This document shows positions 19,825 to 28,013 of a stretch of DNA of 64,000 nt, in pieces. The notes beneath the pieces were generated by a model. That model was not told where the DNA came from. It was given only the letters and a program-made list of their open reading frames with translations, and ran no database searches. Every line of letters begins with the position of its first letter. The first letter of the stretch is position 1. Where the stretch lies: assembly GCA_003524095.1 (NCBI GenBank), contig DOEE01000003.1, positions 160,785-224,784 of the forward strand, read 5' to 3'. The translations under genes were made by a program, and so were the position numbers. The stretch is from Clostridiales bacterium. Its GTDB lineage: Bacteria > Bacillota > Clostridia > Christensenellales > UBA1242.

Positions 19825-20323
19825 ATATATTCTTCCAAGTTTAATAATTTTACTGCTTTTGTATAGTGTTATCAAAAAGAATAATACATATAATAGTTTT
19901 GTTGTTGGTGCAAAATCTTCGTTTGATTTGGTGTTAACTTCATTTCCGTACATAGCAACAATTTTTGTCGCTGTTGAGATTTTTAATGTGTCAGGTCTTA
20001 GTGTACTATTCTCAGATTTTGTAGCACCGGTTTTTGAATTTGTTGGAATTCCTAAGCAATTATCTGAACTAGTAATTCTAAAAAATTTTACGGGTTGCGG
20101 GGCATTAGCATTACTTGAAAATATATTTATAACATATGGCGCAGATAGTTATCTTGCTAGAGCGGGCTGTGTTATTGCGGGGTGTAGCGAGGCGATATTT
20201 TATGTTGTTGCAGTCTTTTTTGGAAAGACCAAAATTACAAAATTTAGATATGCAATAATTGTGGGAGTACTTGCAAATCTTATAGGTGCAATTGTAGGTT
20301 GTTTGCTTTGTAGGTTTATATAA
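19817..20323 (+). CDS. spmB: spore maturation protein B
   Basis: 8-nt overlap with spmA. 168-aa membrane protein of the typical SpmB size. Confidence 0.75.
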   Translation: MSKYILPSLIILLLLYSVIKKNNTYNSFVVGAKSSFDLVLTSFPYIATIFVAVEIFNVSGLSVLFSDFVAPVFEFVGIPKQLSELVILKNFTGCGALALLENIFITYGADSYLARAGCVIAGCSEAIFYVVAVFFGKTKITKFRYAIIVGVLANLIGAIVGCLLCRFI

Positions 20324-20730
20324 AAAGCATTTAAATAAACAACTTTTTTACATGACATTTTATAGTCAAAATAAAATATCAAATTTTATGTGTTGTAACT
20401 TAAATATATAATTTATGACACATGTTTTTATGTTATTGACATAAACAATATACTTTGTGACAAAAATATACAACTAAAAACTAGGCAATATGTGAAGATT
20501 GCAATATCGTTTTATCTGATTATAACTTATTTTCTTTTTTTAATTTCTCTGTTAATTATATTATTTAATTGACAATATTCTTAAATTTGGTTAAGATTAT
20601 TATGAATTATATAGTTGGCTGATTTAAGATAAATCTGATTTAAAAATATTGTCAGCTTTGAGTGTTAAATTTTTAAACTTAACGATGTATATCAAAGAAT
20701 AATAATTCAATAAAAAATAAATTTAAGAGA

Positions 20731-21078
20731 ATGTATATGATAGTAATGAAATTAAATCCAGAGCCATTTGAAAAGATTAAGTCTCACAAAAAAATTTGGG
20801 AAGTAAGACTTAATGATGACAAAAGAAAGGGTGTCCATATTGGTGATAGAATTCTATTTAAAAAGCAACCTGAACTTTTGGAAGGGGTGCTTGCTAAGGT
20901 AGTCGACATCAAACACTTTAATAGTTTTGAAGAGATGTCTGAAGTTTTGTCTTTGACTAGTGTGGGCTTTGAGCCGGGAGCGACAAAACAAGATTGTGTA
21001 GATTGTTACCACAAATATTATACTCCAGCCGAAGAACAAAAGTTTGGTGTAGTTGCATTCAAATTAGAAGTTGTTTAA
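20731..21078 (+). CDS. ASCH domain protein
   Basis: About 113 aa. PEPFEKIKSHKKIWEVRLNDDKR...GDRILF resembles the ASCH/PUA-like fold N-terminus. The start could be the ATG at 20737. Confidence 0.6.
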   Translation: MYMIVMKLNPEPFEKIKSHKKIWEVRLNDDKRKGVHIGDRILFKKQPELLEGVLAKVVDIKHFNSFEEMSEVLSLTSVGFEPGATKQDCVDCYHKYYTPAEEQKFGVVAFKLEVV

Positions 21079-21117
21079 AAAAAGTTAAGCGGATAATTTT
21101 ACCGCTTAACTTTTTTT
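21077..21117. terminator. bidirectional terminator between convergent genes
   Basis: A-run, stem gttaagcgg/ccgcttaac, T-run. Confidence 0.8.
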
Positions 21118-21134
21118 AATATATGTTAATTTTT

Positions 21135-21845
21135 TTACATCTCTTGTTGTTTGAATTTTATGTTTCTTTCGATTACATCATAGCAGGCTTGTTTTAATTT
21201 TTGTCCTACTGGATTATTATTGTTTTTAATTACTTGTTGTTCTATTGAATCAAATGGGTTATATAGGAGATATAGCTTTAAAAGATTCATTTGGACTTTC
21301 TCATATTCTTCTTTTATACTTGGTGTTGATTCGCTATGAGTTATTCGATTGTTTTTAATATCATCAAAATTATAAGGTTTTTCTCTTTGAGTTCTAAATG
21401 AACCAATTTTACCCAACTCAACATCTGGAAGGTCATAGCCTAAATGAATAACTGCCGAAATGTTTCCTATGTAATCAGCCGTAGTCGAAGTTTCGTGATA
21501 TAGTGAGAAAGTTTCTTTGTTAAGCGATGGAGAGGACATCCCACTTTCTTCAAAATCAAACTCCATGTTTAAGTTTGGATATAATTCCAAAAGTCTATTT
21601 TTTAGAACCAAGACAAATTCACCGAAAGTTGTATTAAACAAGTCTTGGTCTTTCTCTAGTTCTATTTCAATTGGTTTTCTTTGTCTTAGAAGGCTGTCTC
21701 TATTTTTAGCATATTGATTCAAATATCTTTTGTAACTAACTTCGTGGTTTGAAGATGGTTTAATTGTGTCTGCGTTAAAGTTAGAAATTTCTCTAGTTAA
21801 TAAATTGTATTTTTCAATTAATTCTTGTATTCTTTCAGTATTCAT
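21135..21845 (-). CDS. hypothetical protein
   Basis: GGGAGA RBS before the ATG at 21845 (track ORF starts at 21899). No recognisable motif. Confidence 0.5.
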   Translation of the reverse strand: MNTERIQELIEKYNLLTREISNFNADTIKPSSNHEVSYKRYLNQYAKNRDSLLRQRKPIEIELEKDQDLFNTTFGEFVLVLKNRLLELYPNLNMEFDFEESGMSSPSLNKETFSLYHETSTTADYIGNISAVIHLGYDLPDVELGKIGSFRTQREKPYNFDDIKNNRITHSESTPSIKEEYEKVQMNLLKLYLLYNPFDSIEQQVIKNNNNPVGQKLKQACYDVIERNIKFKQQEM

Positions 21846-22052
21846 ATTATTCTCCCATAATGTTACATAGATTTTATCATTGAATACAAGTATTGTCAAT
21901 ACTGATTTTTGAATATACTATGTGAGAGATTTGCGAAAAAGTACAGAAGTTTCTCCACTTCTTTAATTTATTCAACTACATTATAGCAGATTATCTAAAT
22001 TAATGCTAATAGATTTATATAAAACTTTTTGTTCCTAAATTGTGATTATTAA

Positions 22053-22095
22053 AACAAAAAGCCCCATTTTATGGGCTTTGATTATTGTGGCGGAG
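22053..22095. repeat. direct repeat A: orphan copy of the tRNA-Ser terminator plus last 8 nt of tRNA-Ser
   Basis: aacaaaaagccccattttatgggctttgattattgtggcggag. 3 substitutions and 1 indel relative to 24351-24394. Confidence 0.85.
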
Positions 22096-22138
22096 CATGT
22101 GTAACGTAAAACGAATTTAAACAAAACTTTACATAATA

Positions 22139-22168
22139 TTGTTAAAATTATAAAAAGTATGCTATAAT
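22139..22168 (+). promoter_or_regulatory. strong sigma-A-type promoter with extended -10: TTGTTA-18-TGcTATAAT
   Basis: -35 at 22139-22144, TG at 22160-22161, -10 at 22163-22168. AAGGAG RBS and the ATG at 22188 follow. Confidence 0.55.
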
Positions 22169-22187
22169 ACGAAAAAAGGAGAATTAT

Positions 22188-23093
22188 ATGGAAGGATATA
22201 TATTTTTAGGAATAATTTGTCTTGTGGGAATACTTGCTTTAACATATTATATTATAAACACCAAAAATCTTAATAAAACAAAACATATGAGTAATATGTA
22301 TAAAAAAATTATAGAAGTAAATGAAAAATATGCTTTTAATTCTGATATTGAAGAAGAAATGAAATTTTCACCACGTTTAAAGTCTAAACGTTCACTTGAT
22401 AAATTTGATATGAGTGCATATGTTATGAGTGATATTGTAGAGAACAAATCATATTACAAAACAATATTTAATAAGGTAGAAGAAAATATTTCATTGTATA
22501 AATCATATTTGAATGAATACTCAAAAATTGAAAATTATATGACTGAAGAAGAATATTCTAAATTAGAGAATCCTAAAATAAGTTTAAAAACTTTAAATAA
22601 GTGTGAACAAAAATTATATAATAAAAACAAATATGCTCCGCCCATTACTTCAGTAGAAGCTCATTGTCATGCAACATATACTAGTCCGTCTGGAAGAAAT
22701 CACTATTGGAGAGATGCTCGTTTTGATTACGATGACTTAAAAAGTTTTTTTAGTGCAATAGAAAGAAAAGAGTTATTTGCTAAACAGGAAGCGGAACGAA
22801 AGGCAAAATTAGCAGAAGAGAAACGAGCAAAAGAGAAAAAACTAAGAGAGTTAGATAAATTAGAAAAAAAGTTGGCAGAAAAAGAGCAAGAAATAAATAA
22901 AAAAGAAAAAGAGTTTTTAGAAGCGACAAAAGCGCACATATACACTACTGACAATGTGGCTATTGACAATGCTGAAATTGAAATAGATGAAAATTTAACA
23001 ATTTCGCAAAAAATGAAGTTGTTAAGAGAAAAGTTTGACAATGGCGAAATTACTTATGAAGAATATCAAGCAAAAAGAAAGGAATTGATGTAA
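22188..23093 (+). CDS. membrane-anchored coiled-coil protein with SHOCT-like C-terminus
   Basis: AAGGAG RBS. TM helix GIICLVGILALTYYII, K/E-rich coiled coil, C-terminal MKLLREKFDNGEITYEEYQAKRKEL (SHOCT-like). Confidence 0.6.
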   Translation: MEGYIFLGIICLVGILALTYYIINTKNLNKTKHMSNMYKKIIEVNEKYAFNSDIEEEMKFSPRLKSKRSLDKFDMSAYVMSDIVENKSYYKTIFNKVEENISLYKSYLNEYSKIENYMTEEEYSKLENPKISLKTLNKCEQKLYNKNKYAPPITSVEAHCHATYTSPSGRNHYWRDARFDYDDLKSFFSAIERKELFAKQEAERKAKLAEEKRAKEKKLRELDKLEKKLAEKEQEINKKEKEFLEATKAHIYTTDNVAIDNAEIEIDENLTISQKMKLLREKFDNGEITYEEYQAKRKELM

Positions 23094-23094
23094 T

Positions 23095-24234
23095 ATGGAA
23101 AAAGAAATGTTACAAAATGATATTGAAGAATTGAAAAATATTAAACAATCATTACAAATGGATATAATAGAATTAGATGATAAAATTTTATTTCAAAATT
23201 TTGGTGTATATCAACCACAATATAATTTTGCAACATTGGATGAGTATAAAGAAAAATTAGACGATATAAGAAATCAACAAAAAGAAATGATTAAAAGTCA
23301 TACTGCTGCAATTTGTAATACTGCATGGAAAGTTCAAGGAAGTGAAAAAGCAGGAAAAAAAATGATTGCTGAAAACATACAACAAGCATTACGAAACTTT
23401 AATATTGAATGCGATTTATGTATTAGCAAAGTGAAATTTAGTAATTATGATAATAGCAAAGAAAGAATATTTAGAGCATTCGAATTACAAAACAAATTAA
23501 ATGCAACTAACGATATACATATAGTCGATGAATACTATAAACTAAAAATAAAAGAACTTGATTTGGCTTATGAATATCAAAAGAAAAAACAAGAAGAAAA
23601 AGAAGAGCTTAGAAGAAAGCGAGAAGAATTAAGAGAAGCTGAAAAAGTTGCACGAGAAATTGAAGAAAAAAGAAAAGAACTTGAAAAAGAACAAGAACAT
23701 TATCAAAATTATTTGAAGAAAATAAATGAACAGATTGAAGTTGAGCAAAGCGAAGAAAGAAAACAATACTTAATTTCGAAAAAAGAAGAATTAGATAATA
23801 ATGTACATGATGTTCATCTTGCATTAGAAGATTTAGATTATAGAGAAGCAAATCACAGAGCAGGTTATGTATATATTATTTCAAATATAGGTGCTTTTGG
23901 AGAAAATATCTTTAAAATAGGAATGACAAGAAGATTGGAGCCTGAGGAAAGAATTGCAGAATTAAGTGGAGCATCTGTTCCATTTAAATTTGATATTCAT
24001 GCAATGATTTTCTCTGATGATGCACCAAAACTTGAGGCAGCACTGCATAATCATTTTGCCGATAAAAAAGTCAATCTCGTAAATGGAAGAAAAGAGTTCT
24101 TTAATGTAACTCTTGAAGAAATAAAGAAAGTAGTTAGAGATAATCATGATAAAACTGTTGACTTTGTAAATGTTCCTGATGCAGAACAATATAGAGAAAG
24201 TTTAATGATAAGAAAAAATTTAAATGCAAATTAA
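23095..24234 (+). CDS. DUF4041-like plus T5orf172/MUG113 (GIY-YIG superfamily) domain protein
   Basis: Starts 1 nt after the upstream stop. FNIECDLCISKVKFSNYDNSKERIFRAFELQNKL (DUF4041-like). C-terminal GYVYIISN..FKIGMTRRLEPEERI..LH..F....EFFNV (T5orf172-like). Confidence 0.75.
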   Translation: MEKEMLQNDIEELKNIKQSLQMDIIELDDKILFQNFGVYQPQYNFATLDEYKEKLDDIRNQQKEMIKSHTAAICNTAWKVQGSEKAGKKMIAENIQQALRNFNIECDLCISKVKFSNYDNSKERIFRAFELQNKLNATNDIHIVDEYYKLKIKELDLAYEYQKKKQEEKEELRRKREELREAEKVAREIEEKRKELEKEQEHYQNYLKKINEQIEVEQSEERKQYLISKKEELDNNVHDVHLALEDLDYREANHRAGYVYIISNIGAFGENIFKIGMTRRLEPEERIAELSGASVPFKFDIHAMIFSDDAPKLEAALHNHFADKKVNLVNGRKEFFNVTLEEIKKVVRDNHDKTVDFVNVPDAEQYRESLMIRKNLNAN

Positions 24235-24350
24235 TTTATTGCTCACGCATTTACTTGATGTGAACAAGTGAGTTGCTATGCTTAAGGTGAGTAAACATTT
24301 TTAATTAATCAATATTTTTATCGTATGGTAGACCATTTATGGTTTTCTGT

Positions 24351-24394
24351 AACAAAAAAGCCCCATTTTTGGGGCTTTAATTATTGTGGCGGAG
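24351..24394. repeat. direct repeat B: authentic terminator and 3-prime end (ctccgcca) of tRNA-Ser
   Basis: aacaaaaaagccccatttttggggctttaattattgtggcggag. Overlaps tRNA-Ser positions 84-91. Confidence 0.85.
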
Positions 24395-24477
24395 ACGGAG
24401 AGATTCGAACTCTCGTGCAGGTTACCCAGCAAACGCATTTCGAGTGCGTCCCGGTACGACCACTTCGGTACGTCTCC
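24387..24477 (-). tRNA. tRNA-Ser (anticodon CGA), 91 nt with long variable arm and encoded CCA
   Basis: Reverse complement ggagacg-ta-ccga...; anticodon stem acgca/tgcgt with loop CTCGAAA; T-arm gagag-ttcgaat-ctctc; acceptor cgtctcc-g-cca. Confidence 0.9.
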
Positions 24478-24669
24478 AAAACACACATAGTTTAACACGA
24501 AACTTTCTGATTGTAAAGTTTATTTGTTAAAAATACTTGTAATTATTGAGTGGTGTTTTACTATTTTCCAAAATTTGTAAAAAACTTATGACTTTTAACA
24601 GTTTTATGGTTAATCAAAAGCGAATTTTTAAAAATGAATAAAAAGCATATTTTTGCTTAAAAATATACT

Positions 24670-25221
24670 ATGTCAAAAATTATTCTTTTTATATCCGCAT
24701 TTGTGCCGATGTATATTTTGTTTTTAATTAATTTAATAGTCGAAATTCTTAATAAAAATTTAACTTTTAATGTTACGAATACTTGTGTAATGGTGGCACT
24801 ACTAATACTAACAATGGTTGGAACAATTGGGCTTATGATAATCTTAAAGTTTAATCAAAAAGAGTACAAGACCATAAAAGTTTTGTCTAAAACCAATATA
24901 ACTGACCAACATTTTTTAAATTACTTTTCGTTATTTGTTTTGCTTGCACTTGCGTTTGATTTGTCAAAACTTTGTTTTGTTAGTGTTTTTGTTGTAATTC
25001 TAATTTTTATTGGAATTGTTTATATCAAAAACAATATTTTCTATGTAAATCCTTTGCTTAATATTTTGGGATATAGTTTTTATGATATTGAGTATGTCGA
25101 TGATAGTGGAAAAACTCAAGATTTAAGGATATTTTTCAAGGGTACACTGGATATTTCCAAACAAGAATATGAGTTGTGTGTATCTAATAGAAATTTGAAT
25201 TTTTTAAAGAAAAAAGATTGA
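24670..25221 (+). CDS. hypothetical polytopic membrane protein (4 TM plus small soluble C-terminal domain)
   Basis: 183-aa ORF with no obvious SD. Its stop overlaps the start of the next ORF. Confidence 0.45.
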   Translation: MSKIILFISAFVPMYILFLINLIVEILNKNLTFNVTNTCVMVALLILTMVGTIGLMIILKFNQKEYKTIKVLSKTNITDQHFLNYFSLFVLLALAFDLSKLCFVSVFVVILIFIGIVYIKNNIFYVNPLLNILGYSFYDIEYVDDSGKTQDLRIFFKGTLDISKQEYELCVSNRNLNFLKKKD

Positions 25222-25733
25222 ATACTCAAAAAGTTACTGATATTGATACTAGTGTTAATTTTAAAGGTCGCACAAAACTTACAAGCGTAGTTATTCCAAA
25301 CAGTGTTACATGGATTGGAACTTCTGCTTTCAATGGTTGCACTGGACTAACTAGTGTAATTATGCAAGATGGCGAAAAAGATGTAACATATTTGGGCAAC
25401 AATGCATTTGACGGATGTACTAATCTTACAAATATAAGACTCTCGAGTACTTTGACAAGTATGAGTAGCCAAGTATTTAATAATTGTAAGAGCCTTACTA
25501 GTATATACATTCCTGCATCTGTAACCGACATTCGTGCAAATGATGATTACCCATTCTTCAATGGCTGTTCAAAAGCTTTAAAAATTTATTGTGGAGCTGA
25601 ATCTAAACCTGACGGTTGGGGTAAACGCTGGAATTATAATGGGACTTTTGGCACTTCGTCTAAATTAGCAGATGTCACCTGGGGTGTTACTAGGGAACAA
25701 TACGAACAAGCAATTAGTCAAACACAAGAATAA
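25218..25733 (+). CDS. BspA-type leucine-rich-repeat (LRR_5-like) protein, no signal peptide
   Basis: Repeats of the IP.SVT.IG..AF..C..LTS type (VVIPNSVTWIGTSAFNGCTGLTSV, NAFDGCTNLTNI, QVFNNCKSLTSIYIPASVTDI). TTG start overlapping the upstream stop. Confidence 0.55.
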   Translation: MNTQKVTDIDTSVNFKGRTKLTSVVIPNSVTWIGTSAFNGCTGLTSVIMQDGEKDVTYLGNNAFDGCTNLTNIRLSSTLTSMSSQVFNNCKSLTSIYIPASVTDIRANDDYPFFNGCSKALKIYCGAESKPDGWGKRWNYNGTFGTSSKLADVTWGVTREQYEQAISQTQE

Positions 25734-25839
25734 TTTATTTTAGAATGGTTTGATATTATAATTATTATTTGTTGGCAATTCTTACAAATATCCCTTTGGA
25801 TTGCTTGTCTATTACTTCCTAAAATTTTATCTATAAAAT

Positions 25840-25871
25840 AAAAAAAGTCATGGAGTATCCATGACTTTTTT
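25840..25871. terminator. bidirectional terminator
   Basis: aaaaaaa-gtcatgga-gta-tccatgac-ttttttt. Confidence 0.8.
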
Positions 25872-25971
25872 GCTGTAAAATTTTAATAAATTTATAAGTT
25901 TTAATAATTTAAATTAATATATAATTAATTTTTTATATGCAAAATTGCTTGAGACTGAGACATAAAAAATA

Positions 25972-26676
25972 TCAATAACTCACTGCAATTTCAAGGCTTA
26001 GTTTAATCATGTCTAGGAATGAATTTTGTCTTTCTTCGCTGGTTGTTTCTTCGTCAGTTATTAGGTTATTTGAAACCGTGCAAATACAAAGTGCATCTTT
26101 GTGTAGTCTTTCGGCATTTAGATAAAGTGATGCACCTTCCATTTCAACACCGAGTAAGTTTTTTTCCAAAGATAACTTGATTTCATCTTCGTCTGTATAG
26201 AACGTGTCGGAGCACAAGATATCTCCAGTACTATATTTGTATCCTAGTGTGTCCGCTATTGACACTGCACGAGATAAGAGTTCTTTTGAGGAATTTATGT
26301 AGTCTGCACCAAAGTTTATATAAAAATTATTATAGTTTGTTTTTGTAAAGACTCTTTTGCCAAGAATTAAACTTTTGAGCGGAATATCTTTGTTCATAGC
26401 GCCAATTGAGCCGACTCTGATTATTCTGTCTACATCATAAAATTTAAAGAGTTCATAACTATATATTCCCATGGAAGGATTGCCCATTCCACTCGCCATA
26501 ACGGTTACTAATTTGTCTTTGTAATAACCTGTGTATCCTTGTACTCCACGAACATTATTTACTAGTTTGTAATCTTTTAAGAATGTTTCGGCAATCATCT
26601 TGCTTCTAAGTGGGTCGCCGGGCATTATAACTGTTTTTGCAATTTCTTCTTTGCTTGCTTGATTATGAGCTGTCAT
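25972..26676 (-). CDS. deoD: purine nucleoside phosphorylase (DeoD type)
   Basis: MPGDPLR, GYTGYYKDK.VTVMASGMGNPS, GVEMEGA motifs. Follows deoB. Confidence 0.88.
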   Translation of the reverse strand: MTAHNQASKEEIAKTVIMPGDPLRSKMIAETFLKDYKLVNNVRGVQGYTGYYKDKLVTVMASGMGNPSMGIYSYELFKFYDVDRIIRVGSIGAMNKDIPLKSLILGKRVFTKTNYNNFYINFGADYINSSKELLSRAVSIADTLGYKYSTGDILCSDTFYTDEDEIKLSLEKNLLGVEMEGASLYLNAERLHKDALCICTVSNNLITDEETTSEERQNSFLDMIKLSLEIAVSY

Positions 26677-26688
26677 TATACTTTCCTT

Positions 26689-27849
26689 TTATATTAATTT
26701 ATTAAATAGGCTGTCGTCATGTTTTTCAATTTTAAAATAGTCTAGTATGGACTTGCTGATTATATTAAACCCGTCAATTGTTCCAAAATTTACATTTTGT
26801 TTAAGCTTCTTTCCGTATATGAGAAGTGGGGTATACTCACGACTGTGGTCGGTACTTGGGGTCGTAGGGTCGCAACCATGGTCGGCAGTGATAATAAGAA
26901 TGTCATCATCTGCTAGATTTTCCAAAATGGTAGGAATATTGTCATCAATTTCCTTAAGAGCATTTGCATAACCTACATAGTTATTTCTGTGACCATAGAG
27001 CATATCTGTATCGTTTAGATTTGCAAACACGAGACCATTTATGTCTCTACGTTTGGTTGTCTCAATAATCGCTTGAATTCCTGTTTGATTGTTTCTGGTG
27101 TGATTACTCTCGGTTATGCCTTGAAAGTTAAATACGTCTTCAATTTTTCCAATTCCTACCACATCGTAGCCGTTTTCTTTTAGTTTGTCTAGCATGGTCT
27201 TTTGTGGTGGGTTCAAGGCATAATCTTTTCGGGTGTCTAGCCTATAGAACTCGCCTTTTTCGTTTGTGGCAAAAGGACGAGCAATAACTCTTCCAAAATT
27301 GTATTTGCTGTCTTTGTCAAAGACCGCCCTTACATCTTGACACAATTTGTATAATTCGTCTAACGAATACACGTCCGTGTGTGTTGCAATTTGAAATACT
27401 GAGTCTGCCGAAGTATATGCAATAGGTTTGTGGGTTCTGAGATGTTCTTGTCCTAATTCCTTAATTATCTCAGTGCCAGAAGCCACTTTGTTTCCCAAAA
27501 ACTCAACACATAATTTGTTTTTAAGTAAGTCTAGCAGTTCTTTTGGAAAGCCATTTGGGAAGGTGGGATATGGATTTTTGAGAATAAGTCCACTCATTTC
27601 ATAATGTCCCGCTGTTGTATCCTTGGCAAAGGTTAATTCCTTGAGTCTTGCATAACTGCCGATAACACGGTCATGACTCAAATTTATCCCGTCTATATTA
27701 TTAAGTCCTAATTTTGCCAAGTTGTTTAGTTGTACGCCAGTTTTTTTGTAAGTATTAAGATAAGTATTGCTACCCTTGTCTCCAAACTTGTCCGCATCTG
27801 GCATTTCGCCAATTCCAAAACTATCTATAACTATTAATTCAATTTTCAT
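26689..27849 (-). CDS. deoB: phosphopentomutase
   Basis: VIDSFGIGEMPDA, TAGHYEMSG, ITADHGCDPT signature motifs. Confidence 0.9.
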   Translation of the reverse strand: MKIELIVIDSFGIGEMPDADKFGDKGSNTYLNTYKKTGVQLNNLAKLGLNNIDGINLSHDRVIGSYARLKELTFAKDTTAGHYEMSGLILKNPYPTFPNGFPKELLDLLKNKLCVEFLGNKVASGTEIIKELGQEHLRTHKPIAYTSADSVFQIATHTDVYSLDELYKLCQDVRAVFDKDSKYNFGRVIARPFATNEKGEFYRLDTRKDYALNPPQKTMLDKLKENGYDVVGIGKIEDVFNFQGITESNHTRNNQTGIQAIIETTKRRDINGLVFANLNDTDMLYGHRNNYVGYANALKEIDDNIPTILENLADDDILIITADHGCDPTTPSTDHSREYTPLLIYGKKLKQNVNFGTIDGFNIISKSILDYFKIEKHDDSLFNKLI

Positions 27850-28013
27850 TATTTACTCCATTGTACATAAATGATATTTAAATACTAAACAATTATAACA
27901 TAAAAATTAAATTTTAAAAAGTGAAAATCAAAACAAAAAAATTAATCAAAGTGTCATAATTAAAGTTTGTTGCTAGTATATTATATCAGAATTAAAAAAA
28001 TCAGGGGGTTGAA

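Larger units (their letters stand above)
22053..24394. mobile_element. putative 2.3-kb integrated cassette at the tRNA-Ser 3-prime end, bounded by 43/44-bp direct repeats, carrying two genes and no recombinase
   Basis: Direct repeats as above. Own promoter at 22139-22168. Cargo genes at 22188-23093 and 23095-24234. Confidence 0.45.

Noticed and set aside
19386-19838. Long antisense ORFs inside well-supported genes (for example 19386-19838, 11912-12319, 34849-35247, 39343-39744, 48397-48921, 54370-54951)
   Set aside because: Each lies fully within a confidently identified gene on the opposite strand, has no RBS and translates to low-complexity sequence. They are typical shadow ORFs of AT-rich genomes.
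20340-20660. Six TGACA pentamers in the spmB-ASCH spacer as a specific regulator-binding array
   Set aside because: The enrichment is suggestive, but spacing is irregular, flanking bases differ, and several could just be -35-like elements. It is mentioned under the accessory-patch finding rather than called as a feature.
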